A stretch of DNA of 38,844 bases from Proteobacteria bacterium UBA664 (GCA_002299125.1 DBNU01000012.1:1-38844), one strand, 5' to 3'; positions 27,283 to 36,596 are shown, counted from the first letter of the stretch. A program made the numbers and translations. The notes: a model not told the origin generated them from the letters alone.

Positions 27283-27387
27283 CTCGTTGAACAACCGCCG
27301 ATCAGTTGTGAGCAGGTGCTTCAGCTCCCTTTCCACGATCCCTGCAAGGCGGTGAAAGCGTGCCGCCGCCCGCTCATCGGCGATCAC
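27283..27387 (-). pseudogene. HEPN-like toxin E, only the first ~35 codons
   Basis: MIADERAAARFHRLAGIVERELKHLLTTDRRLFNE then TAG; truncated at the repeat boundary. Confidence 0.85.
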
Positions 27388-27683
27388 AAGAGCACTCCTT
27401 CGTTGAGGGCCACCTCGTGGATCGGCAGCCTCATCAGGTTCGGCGCCAGAACGACAACATCCACCTTGCGCCCCGCCATGCTGCGGCTTACCCGGCCGGC
27501 GATGCGCGCCGCCAACGGTGCGGGTGCCTCTACCGCATGCGGTAGCTCGACCATGAGGTCCACATCGCCCCCTTTGGCAGTGTCGTCCAGCCGCGAGCCG
27601 AACAGCCTCACGGTCGCCTCGCAGCCGGCCATCTCCGCGACCACCTCGCGAATGGCGGCAATCTGGTCTTGCGTCAAACGCAC
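27384..27683 (-). CDS. MNT antitoxin E (copy of D)
   Basis: Differs from MNT D at two residues; GSR...GGDVD intact. Confidence 0.9.
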   Translation of the reverse strand: MRLTQDQIAAIREVVAEMAGCEATVRLFGSRLDDTAKGGDVDLMVELPHAVEAPAPLAARIAGRVSRSMAGRKVDVVVLAPNLMRLPIHEVALNEGVLL

Positions 27684-27997
27684 GGAGACTCTTTCAGCGT
27701 CATGCGATCAGATCGGGGATCGCCAGGCCAGCGCGCCAACCGCGTGTCGACAGGGGCAGCTACCGCTCCCCGGGGATCCGCCAGAGCGTCCATGGGACTC
27801 GCTTCGCTCATCCAGCCTGCACCTCCGCCTCATCCCGCATTGCAGGTGCTGTTTCCGCAGCGCGGCACCGTGTGTTCTACCGGGACAGTCGCACTGCGTC
27901 ACCACACTCTCCGCCGATGCTCGCCCGGGCGTGGCCGGGGCCGCAAGCCTGATCTTCCCGCTGCCGGGGCGGCCTGGGATAACGAGTGCGTAGGGAG

Positions 27998-29527
27998 TTA
28001 TCGGGAGGATGTCTGGCCGTCATCTGAGCGGCCTGAACCTACCGTCACGCCGGTGTCACTGCGCTCGCCAGCAGCTTTGATCTCGGGGTCGGTGCCCCCC
28101 TCCTCACGCCAGCCACCCCCGAGCGCCTTGTACAGCGCCACCGTCTGGGTGAGCAGGCGCACGGCGCTCTGCACCTCGGCTTCTTCCAGCTCCCAGGTGC
28201 GACGGCGGGCATCGAGCACGGGGAAGTAGTCCTCGAGCCCGCCTCGTTCGCGCGCCGTCGCCAGCGTCTCGGCCAGACGGGCGCGCTCCAGGGCCTGGCG
28301 CTGCGCGGTCAGCCGTTCGCGCGTGCGCGTGAGCCCGGTCAATGCGCCTTCCACATCCTCCAGCGCATCGAGCATGACCTGGCCCCAGCGTTGACGGGCG
28401 AATTCCTGCTCTGCCTCACGCGCCTCGACCTGCGCCTTGAGCCCGCCTCCTGCCAGCAGCGGCAGGCGGATCTGTGGCAGCAACTGGTAGATGAGGCCGG
28501 GGCCAACCGAGAAGGTGCGTCCCTCATCGCCGCGTGCCCCGATGAGGCCCGTCAGCATGAAACGCGGCAGGCGATCGGCCTGGGCCGCATCGATGCGTGC
28601 GCCGGTCGCATCCAGGCGCAACACGGCGGCTCGCACGTCGGGCCGGCGTGCGAGCAATTCGGCCGGCAGGCCTGGGTCGGGTACGACCGGCGGGTCCGGC
28701 AGGCGCTGCGCTTGTCCACTTGACCGCAGGCTGGCGGGGCCCTGGCCACCGAGCACGGCGAGCCGGTAACCAGTGCGGTCGATCATCTCCGCGAGTGGGG
28801 GCAGGGCTGCCTCGAGGGTGGCGAGATCCGCTTGGACCACGGCCAGCTCGGCGTCCGTGGACAGCCCGGCGCGCACGCGATCCGCCAGCAGCGTCGCGCG
28901 CTCACGCTCGGTGGCGATGCGCGCCGAGAGGATGCGGCGCTGCTCCCGCTGGCCACGCAGCTCGAGCCATTGCCGTGCCGTTTCTGCCGTGAGCGAGATC
29001 GCGAGGTCCTCGACACCGAGCGCAGCGGCGTCTGCCTCCGCTCGCGCGGCGCGGGTGCGCGCAGCCACGCCGCCGAATAAATCGATCTCCCAACTGGCGT
29101 CGAAGCCAGTCTGGTAGATGGTCCGCGACTGATCCGGGATACCGAAGAGGCCGGTGAAGACGTCATCACGCAGGCGCCCGCCCTGACCGGTCACGCCCAG
29201 CGCGGGACGCGCGATACTGCCCGTGACCTCCGCCTGGGCACGCAGTGCGCGCACGCGCGCCCTGGCGGCCGCGAGATCGAGGTTCCCTGCCAGCGTTGCG
29301 GCAACCAGTGCGTCAAGCTCCGGATCGCCGAAGTGCTGCCACCAACGGCTGATGTCAGCGCGCGCCCGTGCCGGGAGCTCTGCGGCCCATGCGTCTGGTG
29401 GGCCCAGTGGCGCCTCCGGGCGTGTGGTACCAAGGCCAGCGCAGCCGGTGAGCGCGAGGGCGCAGGCTATGGTCAGCAACGGCCTGCGTCGCCCATCGAC
29501 TTTGCTTGGCTGCGTCATCGCCTTCAC
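27998..29527 (-). CDS. efflux outer-membrane factor lipoprotein (NodT/TolC family)
   Basis: Lipobox LTGC, WWQHFGDPELD, ASWEIDLFG, LLARRPDV, LYKALGGGW. Confidence 0.92.
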   Translation of the reverse strand: MKAMTQPSKVDGRRRPLLTIACALALTGCAGLGTTRPEAPLGPPDAWAAELPARARADISRWWQHFGDPELDALVAATLAGNLDLAAARARVRALRAQAEVTGSIARPALGVTGQGGRLRDDVFTGLFGIPDQSRTIYQTGFDASWEIDLFGGVAARTRAARAEADAAALGVEDLAISLTAETARQWLELRGQREQRRILSARIATERERATLLADRVRAGLSTDAELAVVQADLATLEAALPPLAEMIDRTGYRLAVLGGQGPASLRSSGQAQRLPDPPVVPDPGLPAELLARRPDVRAAVLRLDATGARIDAAQADRLPRFMLTGLIGARGDEGRTFSVGPGLIYQLLPQIRLPLLAGGGLKAQVEAREAEQEFARQRWGQVMLDALEDVEGALTGLTRTRERLTAQRQALERARLAETLATARERGGLEDYFPVLDARRRTWELEEAEVQSAVRLLTQTVALYKALGGGWREEGGTDPEIKAAGERSDTGVTVGSGRSDDGQTSSR

Positions 29528-30609
29528 TCCTGTGCGAGTGCGCCGGTTGCATTCTGCGCATCGGCAGCGATGAAGACGTCCATCTGCTGGCCCACGTGGA
29601 GCCCCGTCGACGCACCGGCGATGCGGTAGATCACCTGCAGCACGCGCGTGTCCACACGCTGGGTCACATCGCCCGTCAATTGCCGCCGGGGGATGACGTA
29701 CGGTTCCACCCGCACGAACTCCAGCCGCACACGATGCGTGGCGTTGCCACGTGGACTGGCCTCGGCAGCGGCCCCGGCAACCAGACGATGGGCCTCGTAC
29801 TCATCCACTTCGGTGCGCACATGCAAGGTGGCGTCGTCGCCGAAGGTGATGAGCGGTGTCTCGCGCCGCGTGGCCTCCGCGAACTCACCGGGACGGACAT
29901 CCACCTTCAGCACCACACCAGCGCGCGGGGCGCGCACCGTCAGGCGATCGATGGACACCTCGATGGCAGCCAATTGCGCACGGGCCAGCAATACCGCCGA
30001 CTCGGCGACGGCGCGATCAGCGGCCCAGCTCCCGGCCTCGGCGAGCGCGAGTTCCCCGCTTGCTGCAGCCAGCGCCGCCTCCGCTGCCTTCACGCCGATC
30101 TCACGCCGTAGCCGATCTTCCCGACGCACCGCGCGCGGGTCATCGACGGCCTCCAGCATCTCGAGCTGCACGCGTGCATCGTTCCACCGCTGTCGCGCCT
30201 CCTCGACCCGTGCCCGCAGGGGTGGGAGGGTCTCGCGTCGCGGTGCCGCCCGCAGGCGTGCGAACTCCGCCTCGGCCTGCGCCAGCTCCAGCGTGCGCAC
30301 GCTGCGCTCGGCTGCAAGATCGCGGCTGTCCTGTGTGAAAAGCGGCGCCCCTGCCACTACCTGCGCCCCGGCCTGCACATGCACCTCGGTGACGAGGCCG
30401 GGGAGCGCAGGCGCGATGGCGATGTTCTCGGAGGCGGTCTCGATGAGTCCGACGGCGGCCACGCGGTGTTCGAAGGGGCTCTCGGGTGGCGCAAACACGG
30501 GCACCGCCTCGATCGCTTCGGGAAGGCTCGACCAGACGAAGTAGATCGCCACGGCCAGGCCGCCGGCAGCGACGACGGGCAGCGATGGCAAGCGCGCAGA
30601 AAGGGACAT
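29524..30609 (-). CDS. membrane fusion protein (HlyD/DevB-like)
   Basis: N-terminal TM segment, GLVTEVHVQAG, coiled coil, VRAPRAGVVL, RVDTRVLQV. Confidence 0.9.
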   Translation of the reverse strand: MSLSARLPSLPVVAAGGLAVAIYFVWSSLPEAIEAVPVFAPPESPFEHRVAAVGLIETASENIAIAPALPGLVTEVHVQAGAQVVAGAPLFTQDSRDLAAERSVRTLELAQAEAEFARLRAAPRRETLPPLRARVEEARQRWNDARVQLEMLEAVDDPRAVRREDRLRREIGVKAAEAALAAASGELALAEAGSWAADRAVAESAVLLARAQLAAIEVSIDRLTVRAPRAGVVLKVDVRPGEFAEATRRETPLITFGDDATLHVRTEVDEYEAHRLVAGAAAEASPRGNATHRVRLEFVRVEPYVIPRRQLTGDVTQRVDTRVLQVIYRIAGASTGLHVGQQMDVFIAADAQNATGALAQE

Positions 30610-30692
30610 GAGTCGGACTCCTCAGGCATATCGATCAGTGCGCGCCTGCGCGGGCATGGACACTGCTGGCTACGCGCAGCACTCGCCAAACA

Positions 30693-31487
30693 TCAATGAC
30701 TCGCTAGAAGCCGCGCGATGGCTTCACGCCCCCTCGCCACCTCGACCACACGCCCGTCATCCATTCGCGCCACGGCGTCGGCGAAGCTGAAGATCCGGCT
30801 ATCGTGCGTCACGACAATCACCGCGCAACGGGGTGCAACCGACACCTCGGTGAGCAACTCCATCACCCGGTGGCCGGTGTGCGCATCCAGCGACGAAGTG
30901 GGTTCGTCGCAGACGATGAGTCGCGGCTCATGGATGACAGCGCGCGCCAGGGCCACGCGCTGCTGCTGTCCGCCGGAGAGATAGCGCGGCAGATGGCCGA
31001 CCCGATCCTTCATGCCCATGGTGTCGAGCAACTCGGCTGCTCGCCGGATTGCGAGACTGCGCTTCAGCCCGCGTGCCAGCAGCGGCACGGCGACGTTCTC
31101 CGCTGCCGTCAGCGCCGGCAGCAGATTGAACTGCTGGAATACGAAACCCAGATTCTCGCGCCGGAAGCGCACGCGCTCAGCCGGCGAAAGGCCATCGGGA
31201 TCGATCCCGAGCACCTCGATGTGCCCTGCGCTGCGGTCGAGCAGGCCCGCGATCACGCAAAGCAGGGTGGTCTTGCCACAGCCCGATGGGCCCACCAGCA
31301 TGGTGAGCTCCCCGTACGCGACCTCCAGATCGACCTCGTTCAGGGCCAGCACCGCGGCGTCTTCCGAGCCGAAGCGCTTGGTCAGGCCGCGCACTGCAAC
31401 AGCGGGGGTCGCACCTGTGACCGGTTCGCCCCCCCGCAACGCGGCTGTACGTGGGGGATTGGCAGCACCTTCTGCATTCACATTCAT
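30693..31487 (-). CDS. ABC transporter ATP-binding protein (DevA/LolD-like)
   Basis: GPSGCGKTT, LSGGQQQRV, DEPT, VTHD. Confidence 0.93.
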   Translation of the reverse strand: MNVNAEGAANPPRTAALRGGEPVTGATPAVAVRGLTKRFGSEDAAVLALNEVDLEVAYGELTMLVGPSGCGKTTLLCVIAGLLDRSAGHIEVLGIDPDGLSPAERVRFRRENLGFVFQQFNLLPALTAAENVAVPLLARGLKRSLAIRRAAELLDTMGMKDRVGHLPRYLSGGQQQRVALARAVIHEPRLIVCDEPTSSLDAHTGHRVMELLTEVSVAPRCAVIVVTHDSRIFSFADAVARMDDGRVVEVARGREAIARLLASH

Positions 31488-32626
31488 GTGCGGAAGACGA
31501 CGGCCGGTTCCAGCACCAGAACGCGCTGCAAGGACAGAATACTGGCCAGGGCAACGATCACGAACACCGTCAGCGCGACCCCCAGCATCGCCTCCGGCAG
31601 CAGGATGAGGCCGCGCGTGGGCAGATTCTGCTGTGTGATCTGGAAGAAGGAGGCGCAGAGGAACATGCCAAGCGAGTAACCGATGGCACCCACCACGAAG
31701 GCCTGCAGCAGGATCATGCGGGTGAGTGTCCAGTTGCCGACACCGATGGCCTTCAGTGTGCCGAACTGCTTCAGGTTCTCCAGCGTGAAGATGTAGAAGG
31801 TCTGACCCATCACGACAATGCCCACCAGTGTCGCGATGCTGATGGTGATCCCGAAGTTCACCGGGATGCCGGTGTTGCGCAGGTAGTAGCTCATGTTCTG
31901 CCAGGCGAAGTCCTCGCGGGTCTGTGCCCAGAGACCGGTGGCGGCGCGGATCCGCTCGGTGAGTGCGTGACGGTCCACTCCCGGCGCGGCCCTGGCCAGC
32001 ACGAAGGACATCTGGTTGCGCTCGGTTCCCTGGAAGCCCAGCGCCTCGCTGTAACGCGCGAAGGCGACCGGGAAGGTGGCGAAGGGTGCGGAAGCATCCG
32101 CCACGCCGACCAGGCGCACCATGCGACCGTTCACCTCGAAGGTCCTGGGTAATGTGATCTCACCCTCCGGGAAGAAATAGCGATAGCCGGCGTAATCCAG
32201 GATGATGGCGTTGGGCTGCCGCAGATCCTCGATGCGCCCGACGCGCATCCTCCCGTGCGGGGCACCGACCAGGGTGGCATCGTCCAGCCCCATCAGGATC
32301 ACCTGTCGGAACTGCCCGTTGGGGGCGGTCATGCGTGGCAGTCCTTTGAACAGCCTCACTGCCCATTGCACACCTTCCACGCCCCGTACCCGTTGCAGAT
32401 CCGTATCCTTGAGCGGCTGGATCTCGTCGATGTACTGCGTGGCCGGGTCCATCACCCAGATGTCCGCATCGACCACGTCGTGGACCTGCGAGGCGGTACG
32501 CTCGATGATGCCGACGAAGATCGAGATCTGCTGCGCCAGCAGAAAAGAGGCGATGGCGATGGTAAGGATGAGGCCCAGGTACTTGGCGCGATCGCCGGTC
32601 AGCATTTTCAGGGCGACGAAATCCAT
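31484..32626 (-). CDS. ABC transporter permease (DevC/FtsX-MacB type)
   Basis: MDFVALKMLTGDRAKY, periplasmic loop, FGTLKAIG, LEPAVVFR. Confidence 0.9.
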   Translation of the reverse strand: MDFVALKMLTGDRAKYLGLILTIAIASFLLAQQISIFVGIIERTASQVHDVVDADIWVMDPATQYIDEIQPLKDTDLQRVRGVEGVQWAVRLFKGLPRMTAPNGQFRQVILMGLDDATLVGAPHGRMRVGRIEDLRQPNAIILDYAGYRYFFPEGEITLPRTFEVNGRMVRLVGVADASAPFATFPVAFARYSEALGFQGTERNQMSFVLARAAPGVDRHALTERIRAATGLWAQTREDFAWQNMSYYLRNTGIPVNFGITISIATLVGIVVMGQTFYIFTLENLKQFGTLKAIGVGNWTLTRMILLQAFVVGAIGYSLGMFLCASFFQITQQNLPTRGLILLPEAMLGVALTVFVIVALASILSLQRVLVLEPAVVFRT

Positions 32627-32666
32627 GGCCTGCAACCTCGAGGGCGAACCGCCGGGACGGCGGCTA

Positions 32667-32717
32667 TACTGCACTGATGGGTACAGTAATCCGCGAATAA
32701 TGAACTGGCAAGTACAG
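32667..32717. promoter_or_regulatory. candidate TetR operators in the divergent promoter
   Basis: TACTGCAC-N6-GTACAGTA (7/8 symmetric) at 32667-32688 and a weaker TGAAC-N6-GTACA at 32701-32716. Confidence 0.65.
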
Positions 32718-32719
32718 AA

Positions 32720-33376
32720 ATGAGTGAGATCGGCGCGCGCCGGGCTGCTGGTCGCCCCAAGGACCCGGAGAAGCGCACCGCCCTGCTCTGTGCCGCGGCC
32801 CGGCTCTTCATCACGCGCGGCTACGCCCAGACCAGCATCGAGGAGATCGCGCAGGCTGCCGGTGTCTCCAAGCTCACGGTCTACAGCCATTTCGAAGGCA
32901 AGGAGCACCTGTTCGGCGAGGTGATCAAGGCCCGCTGCGATGAGCATTTCGGTGGTGGCGACCTCATCCGCTTTGCGGATCGACCGCCGGCCGAGGCCCT
33001 CTGCGAGATCGCGCGGCGCTTCATCGACCTCATCCTCAACGAGGAGGTGATCGCCATCTTCCGCATGCTCGTCGGCTCCGCCCAGAGCCATCCTGACCTC
33101 TGCCTGCGCTTCTGGGAGGTCGGCCCGGCACCGACTCTTGATTCACTGGGTGAGCTGCTGCGGCACTATCAGGCGCGGGGCGACCTCTCCATCCCGGACA
33201 TCCCGGCCGCGGCCGATCACTTCTTCGCCCTGCTGCACGGCAGGATTCACCTGCGCTCGGTGCTGGGCGTCGGCCGCCGCCCCAGCCGACGCGAGCTCAA
33301 CGCGCTGATCGAGAGTGCAGTGGCCCTGTTCCTGCGCGCCCATGCAGCGGGCGGCGGGCAGGCCTGGCCTGGCTGA
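32720..33376 (+). CDS. TetR/AcrR-family transcriptional regulator
   Basis: GRPKD...AARLF..RGY..TSIEEIA..AGVSKLTVYSHF.GKE.LF; divergent from the efflux operon. Confidence 0.93.
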   Translation: MSEIGARRAAGRPKDPEKRTALLCAAARLFITRGYAQTSIEEIAQAAGVSKLTVYSHFEGKEHLFGEVIKARCDEHFGGGDLIRFADRPPAEALCEIARRFIDLILNEEVIAIFRMLVGSAQSHPDLCLRFWEVGPAPTLDSLGELLRHYQARGDLSIPDIPAAADHFFALLHGRIHLRSVLGVGRRPSRRELNALIESAVALFLRAHAAGGGQAWPG

Positions 33377-33579
33377 GCGGGTGTGACCGGTGGCCTCGGT
33401 TCGTCCCGGCGCTCCCCACCCGGCGCGCGAAGGCGGTGCCCTTGGTGCCTGGGTTCGCGGCCGTGGACAGCGGCTTCTGCCGCCCGCTTGAGAGCGCGCC
33501 TTCAGCATGGGTTCCGGGCGTGCCCCTGCAAGGCGGCCGCGGTCGGGACACGGTGAAGCCTGAGGCACCACCCGATGCG

Positions 33580-34269
33580 TCAAGCCGGTTGATCCTTCAG
33601 GTGCAGCAGTCGTTTCACCCGCTCGTGCATGTTCGTGTACGGCTGCGTGCCATCCTCAGCCGTGTGTCCTGCGGCCACCAGCGCGTTGGCGCGCCCCGTG
33701 GCGACATCAAGGCACTCGCGGGTCGCGTCCCAGTGAGAGCCCTGGCCCTTGGCGTAGCCCGCCAGATGCGCGCGAAGCCGCGCGACGGCCTCGTCCCGGT
33801 CGATGGGCGCGAACCGCTCCTCGAAGTGCAGCAGCAGCCACAGCTCGAAGCAGGGCACGGACACCACGGCCTCGAAGGGCACCTTGACACTCTCGTCGTT
33901 CGCCAGCCGAACGTTCAGCGCAGCAACGCGCTGCAATGCACCGTGGTAGGTGCGGTGCTCGTCGCGGTCGAAGACCGCAAGCACGCGGTCGAAGCTCCGC
34001 CGATGGATCTCCAGTGCGCGGCAGCCCTCGGTGAAGAGGCGCTCGGCGTAGTCGACAATCCGGAGCGGCTCAGTTCCCCATGCCGCTGGCTGCACCTGCA
34101 CGTTGGCCGACGGGAGCCGCAACTGCTGTCGGATCTCATCCAGGTAGCGAGGCTCGGTCTTCGAGCCTTCGCACACGATGAGCAAGCGCTCTGCCGGCTG
34201 TCGCTGCGCCTTGCGCCGCCGCAGTTCGCGTGCCGCTTGCCGATGTCTGGGCTGACCGTCTTTCCCCAT
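33580..34269 (-). CDS. rloB: RloB-family protein
   Basis: LLIVCEGSKTEPRY, AVFDRDEH, SVPCFELWLLLHF, PYTNMH. Confidence 0.88.
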   Translation of the reverse strand: MGKDGQPRHRQAARELRRRKAQRQPAERLLIVCEGSKTEPRYLDEIRQQLRLPSANVQVQPAAWGTEPLRIVDYAERLFTEGCRALEIHRRSFDRVLAVFDRDEHRTYHGALQRVAALNVRLANDESVKVPFEAVVSVPCFELWLLLHFEERFAPIDRDEAVARLRAHLAGYAKGQGSHWDATRECLDVATGRANALVAAGHTAEDGTQPYTNMHERVKRLLHLKDQPA

Positions 34270-34284
34270 CAGCGAACCCAGCGC

Positions 34285-35601
34285 TCAGACCGTCACCGTC
34301 GCATCAGGGCCCGAAAGTGCCGAAGGGGCAGCAACCGACGACACCGACTCCGGCAGCTCACGGAACATCGACACCGCCCCGTACCGCCCCATCAGGTAGC
34401 CGCGTTCCCACGCCTCGTGCTTGCGCGGGCTGAAGTCCGACAGCGGGAAGATCCGCGTGGCTTGCGAGCCGTCCTTCTCGGCGAACCACACCTGGTCGCG
34501 CCGGAACAGCGTGTGGGCGAGCAACGAGGTGTCGTGCGTGCTAAAGATCAGCTGCGCACCCCGCGGATTCAGCACCGGGTTGTGGAACATGCCGACCAGT
34601 CGCCGGACCAGCAAGGTGTGAAGGCTGCGGTCCAGTTCGTCGACCACCAGCACACGGCCGTGCTTGAGCACGTCCAGGACCGGCGCGGCCAGACTGAAGA
34701 GGCGCTGCGTGCCTTCGGATTCTTCGTGCAGCTCGAACTGCGCGCTGCCCTGCTCGGTGCGATGCTCGAAGATCGGGAAGGGGAATTCCGCTTCCTCCTG
34801 CCGAGCCTGGGCAACACCGTCGGGCTGGAACACCACCTGGCCGCGGATCCCCTTGCGCGGCACCGCCAACACCTCGGCGATGGAGATGTCCGCAGACGCC
34901 AGGAAGTCCCGAACCGCGGCTCGCCCTTCGCTCGACTCCAGCAGCGCGGTCGTGAACACGTGGTCGCTGAAGGCAGTCGCCGGCAGATACACCAGGCCCT
35001 GCACCAGCCAGCGTGCCACCGGACTGAGCAACCCGCTGTTGAGCTGTGCCGCGGTGGACAAGAACAACGCGTTGGGTCGCGTGCTCTCCAGCCACAGCCT
35101 GCGCGGGCCGGTCAGGTAGGCGCTGAACTCGTAGGCGTAGCGGTCACCGCCCTCGTCGAGGCGTCGGCTGAACCACTGCGTGGGCTTCGCGGTGCGCCAG
35201 ACCATGAGTTGCTCGCTGACGATGCGATCAGCCGTCATCGCGAAGCTGTACTGGTGACGGATGCCGTCGACCAGGAAGCTGGCCTCGAACTCGGTGGGTT
35301 GGCTTGCCGTCGCCGGGTCGAGCCGGAAGGGCTGGACGTTATAGGTCTGCCCCGGCTGCACGATCGCCGCCGACTCGGCCACCATGGCCCGAAGGTAGTT
35401 CAGCGCAAGTAACAGCGTGCTCTTGCCGCTGGCGTTGGGCCCGTACAGCACCGCCGAGCGCACGACCTGCGGCAGCGCCTTCAGCCCGGTCGGTGCCAGA
35501 TGCGTCTCGGCCAGTGCCTCGTCGAAGGGCGCAGCCACCAGGCTCAGCGACTGCTCGTCCCTGATCGACCGGAAGTTGCGGATGCGGAACTCCAACAGCA
35601 T
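34285..35601 (-). CDS. rloA: AAA/ABC-type ATPase (RloA/AbiLi-like)
   Basis: MLLEF.IRNFRSI, YGPNASGKS, ESEGT, VVDELD.SLH, QLIFSTHD, RRDQVWF.EK, YL.GRYGA; directly upstream of rloB. Confidence 0.88.
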   Translation of the reverse strand: MLLEFRIRNFRSIRDEQSLSLVAAPFDEALAETHLAPTGLKALPQVVRSAVLYGPNASGKSTLLLALNYLRAMVAESAAIVQPGQTYNVQPFRLDPATASQPTEFEASFLVDGIRHQYSFAMTADRIVSEQLMVWRTAKPTQWFSRRLDEGGDRYAYEFSAYLTGPRRLWLESTRPNALFLSTAAQLNSGLLSPVARWLVQGLVYLPATAFSDHVFTTALLESSEGRAAVRDFLASADISIAEVLAVPRKGIRGQVVFQPDGVAQARQEEAEFPFPIFEHRTEQGSAQFELHEESEGTQRLFSLAAPVLDVLKHGRVLVVDELDRSLHTLLVRRLVGMFHNPVLNPRGAQLIFSTHDTSLLAHTLFRRDQVWFAEKDGSQATRIFPLSDFSPRKHEAWERGYLMGRYGAVSMFRELPESVSSVAAPSALSGPDATVTV

Positions 35602-35659
35602 GACCAGATCCGATTGCGTATTCTCTCCATTATCGCACACGAAGCGCACGATAGGCGTC

Positions 35660-36041
35660 TATTTTTCAAGAAGAACACCACCAAGCGACTGACCGTCTGC
35701 GCCAGGCTGACGTTCGACGTGATTCGCAGGGTCCGACCCATCCCGCGTACCGCCAGGGCGACACGCTCGGCGACGAGCACAAGCACTGGTTCCGGGCCAA
35801 GTTCTTCCAGCAGCACCGGCTGTTCTTCCGGTTCCACGCCGAGGCCAAGGTGATCGTCTTCGCCTGGGTCAACGACGAGGATACGAAGCAGGCCTACGAG
35901 AGCGCCGACGACGCCTACCGCGTGTTCCGCCGGATGCTCGACAGCGGCCGTCCGCCGTCGGACTGGGGCCAGTTGCTGGCCGAAGCTGGTGCCGAGTCGG
36001 AGCGCCTTGGCCGGCTGGCGTCAGGCGGCGCACGCCCTTGA
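35660..36041 (+). pseudogene. yhaV: YhaV-family toxin, 5'-truncated and frameshifted
   Basis: KKNTTKRL...FDVI / YRQGDTLG..HKHWFRAKFFQQ.RLFFRF...IVFAWVNDEDTK.AY.S.DDAYRVF..ML; frameshift near 35724; no prlF upstream. Confidence 0.82.
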
Positions 36042-36157
36042 TTATTCGACATGCCGGGCCACGCAGTTCGCTGTATCGGACTGGTTTGGCACGAGCACCG
36101 CTCGAACTGGACCCCTGCCGATTCCTGCCACTTCCTCGCAAAGCCGCAGAAATGAAG

Positions 36158-36233
36158 TGGTGGCCAGGGAGGGAATCGAACCCCCGACACGGGGATTTTC
36201 AATCCCCTGCTCTACCAACTGAGCTACCTGGCC
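36158..36233 (-). tRNA. tRNA-Phe (GAA)
   Basis: GGCCAGGTAGCTCAGTTGGTAGAGCAGGGGATTGAAAATCCCCGTGTCGGGGGTTCGATTCCCTCCCTGGCCACCA; 76 nt, cloverleaf, encoded CCA. Confidence 0.98.
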
Positions 36234-36320
36234 GGCACGACGTGCGTGTGAAGGGCGGGGATTAGAGCGGCTCCAGCCCGCAGGCGTCAAGTCGAACGCG
36301 AGACCGCGTGCGTGCGCCCT

Positions 36321-36596
36321 TCAGGCCTTGGGCACGTAGCCTTCGGGGGCGGTGGAGCCATCGCCGAAGAAATACTTCTCCATCTCCTCCTCCAGGAAGC
36401 GGCGCGCCTTCGGTTCGACCGGGGTCAAGCGGTATTCGTTGATGAGCATGGTCTGGTGGCTGAGCCACAGCTTCCACGCCTCCTGCGAGACGTGCTCGTG
36501 GATGCGTCGGCCGAGCTCGCCCGGATAGGGCGGGCGGGGCAGGCCGGGGCCCTCGCGTCCGAGCTTCACACAGTGAACGATGCGGGGTGTGGTCAT
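36321..36596 (-). CDS. yggX: Fe(II)-trafficking / oxidative damage protection protein
   Basis: [20 protein letters not shown]...[17 protein letters not shown]; follows mutY. Confidence 0.95.
   Translation of the reverse strand: MTTPRIVHCVKLGREGPGLPRPPYPGELGRRIHEHVSQEAWKLWLSHQTMLINEYRLTPVEPKARRFLEEEMEKYFFGDGSTAPEGYVPKA

Larger units (their letters stand above)
27283..28261 (+). repeat. 979-bp direct repeat, copy 2
   Basis: Collinear with 23971-24949. Confidence 0.95.

Noticed and set aside
17900-28000. Integron cassette array
   Set aside because: No intI and no repeated RYYYAAC...GTTRRRY attC structures seen between the genes.
36158-36185. att duplication of the tRNA-Phe 3' end
   Set aside because: No second copy noticed inside the window and no integrase present.
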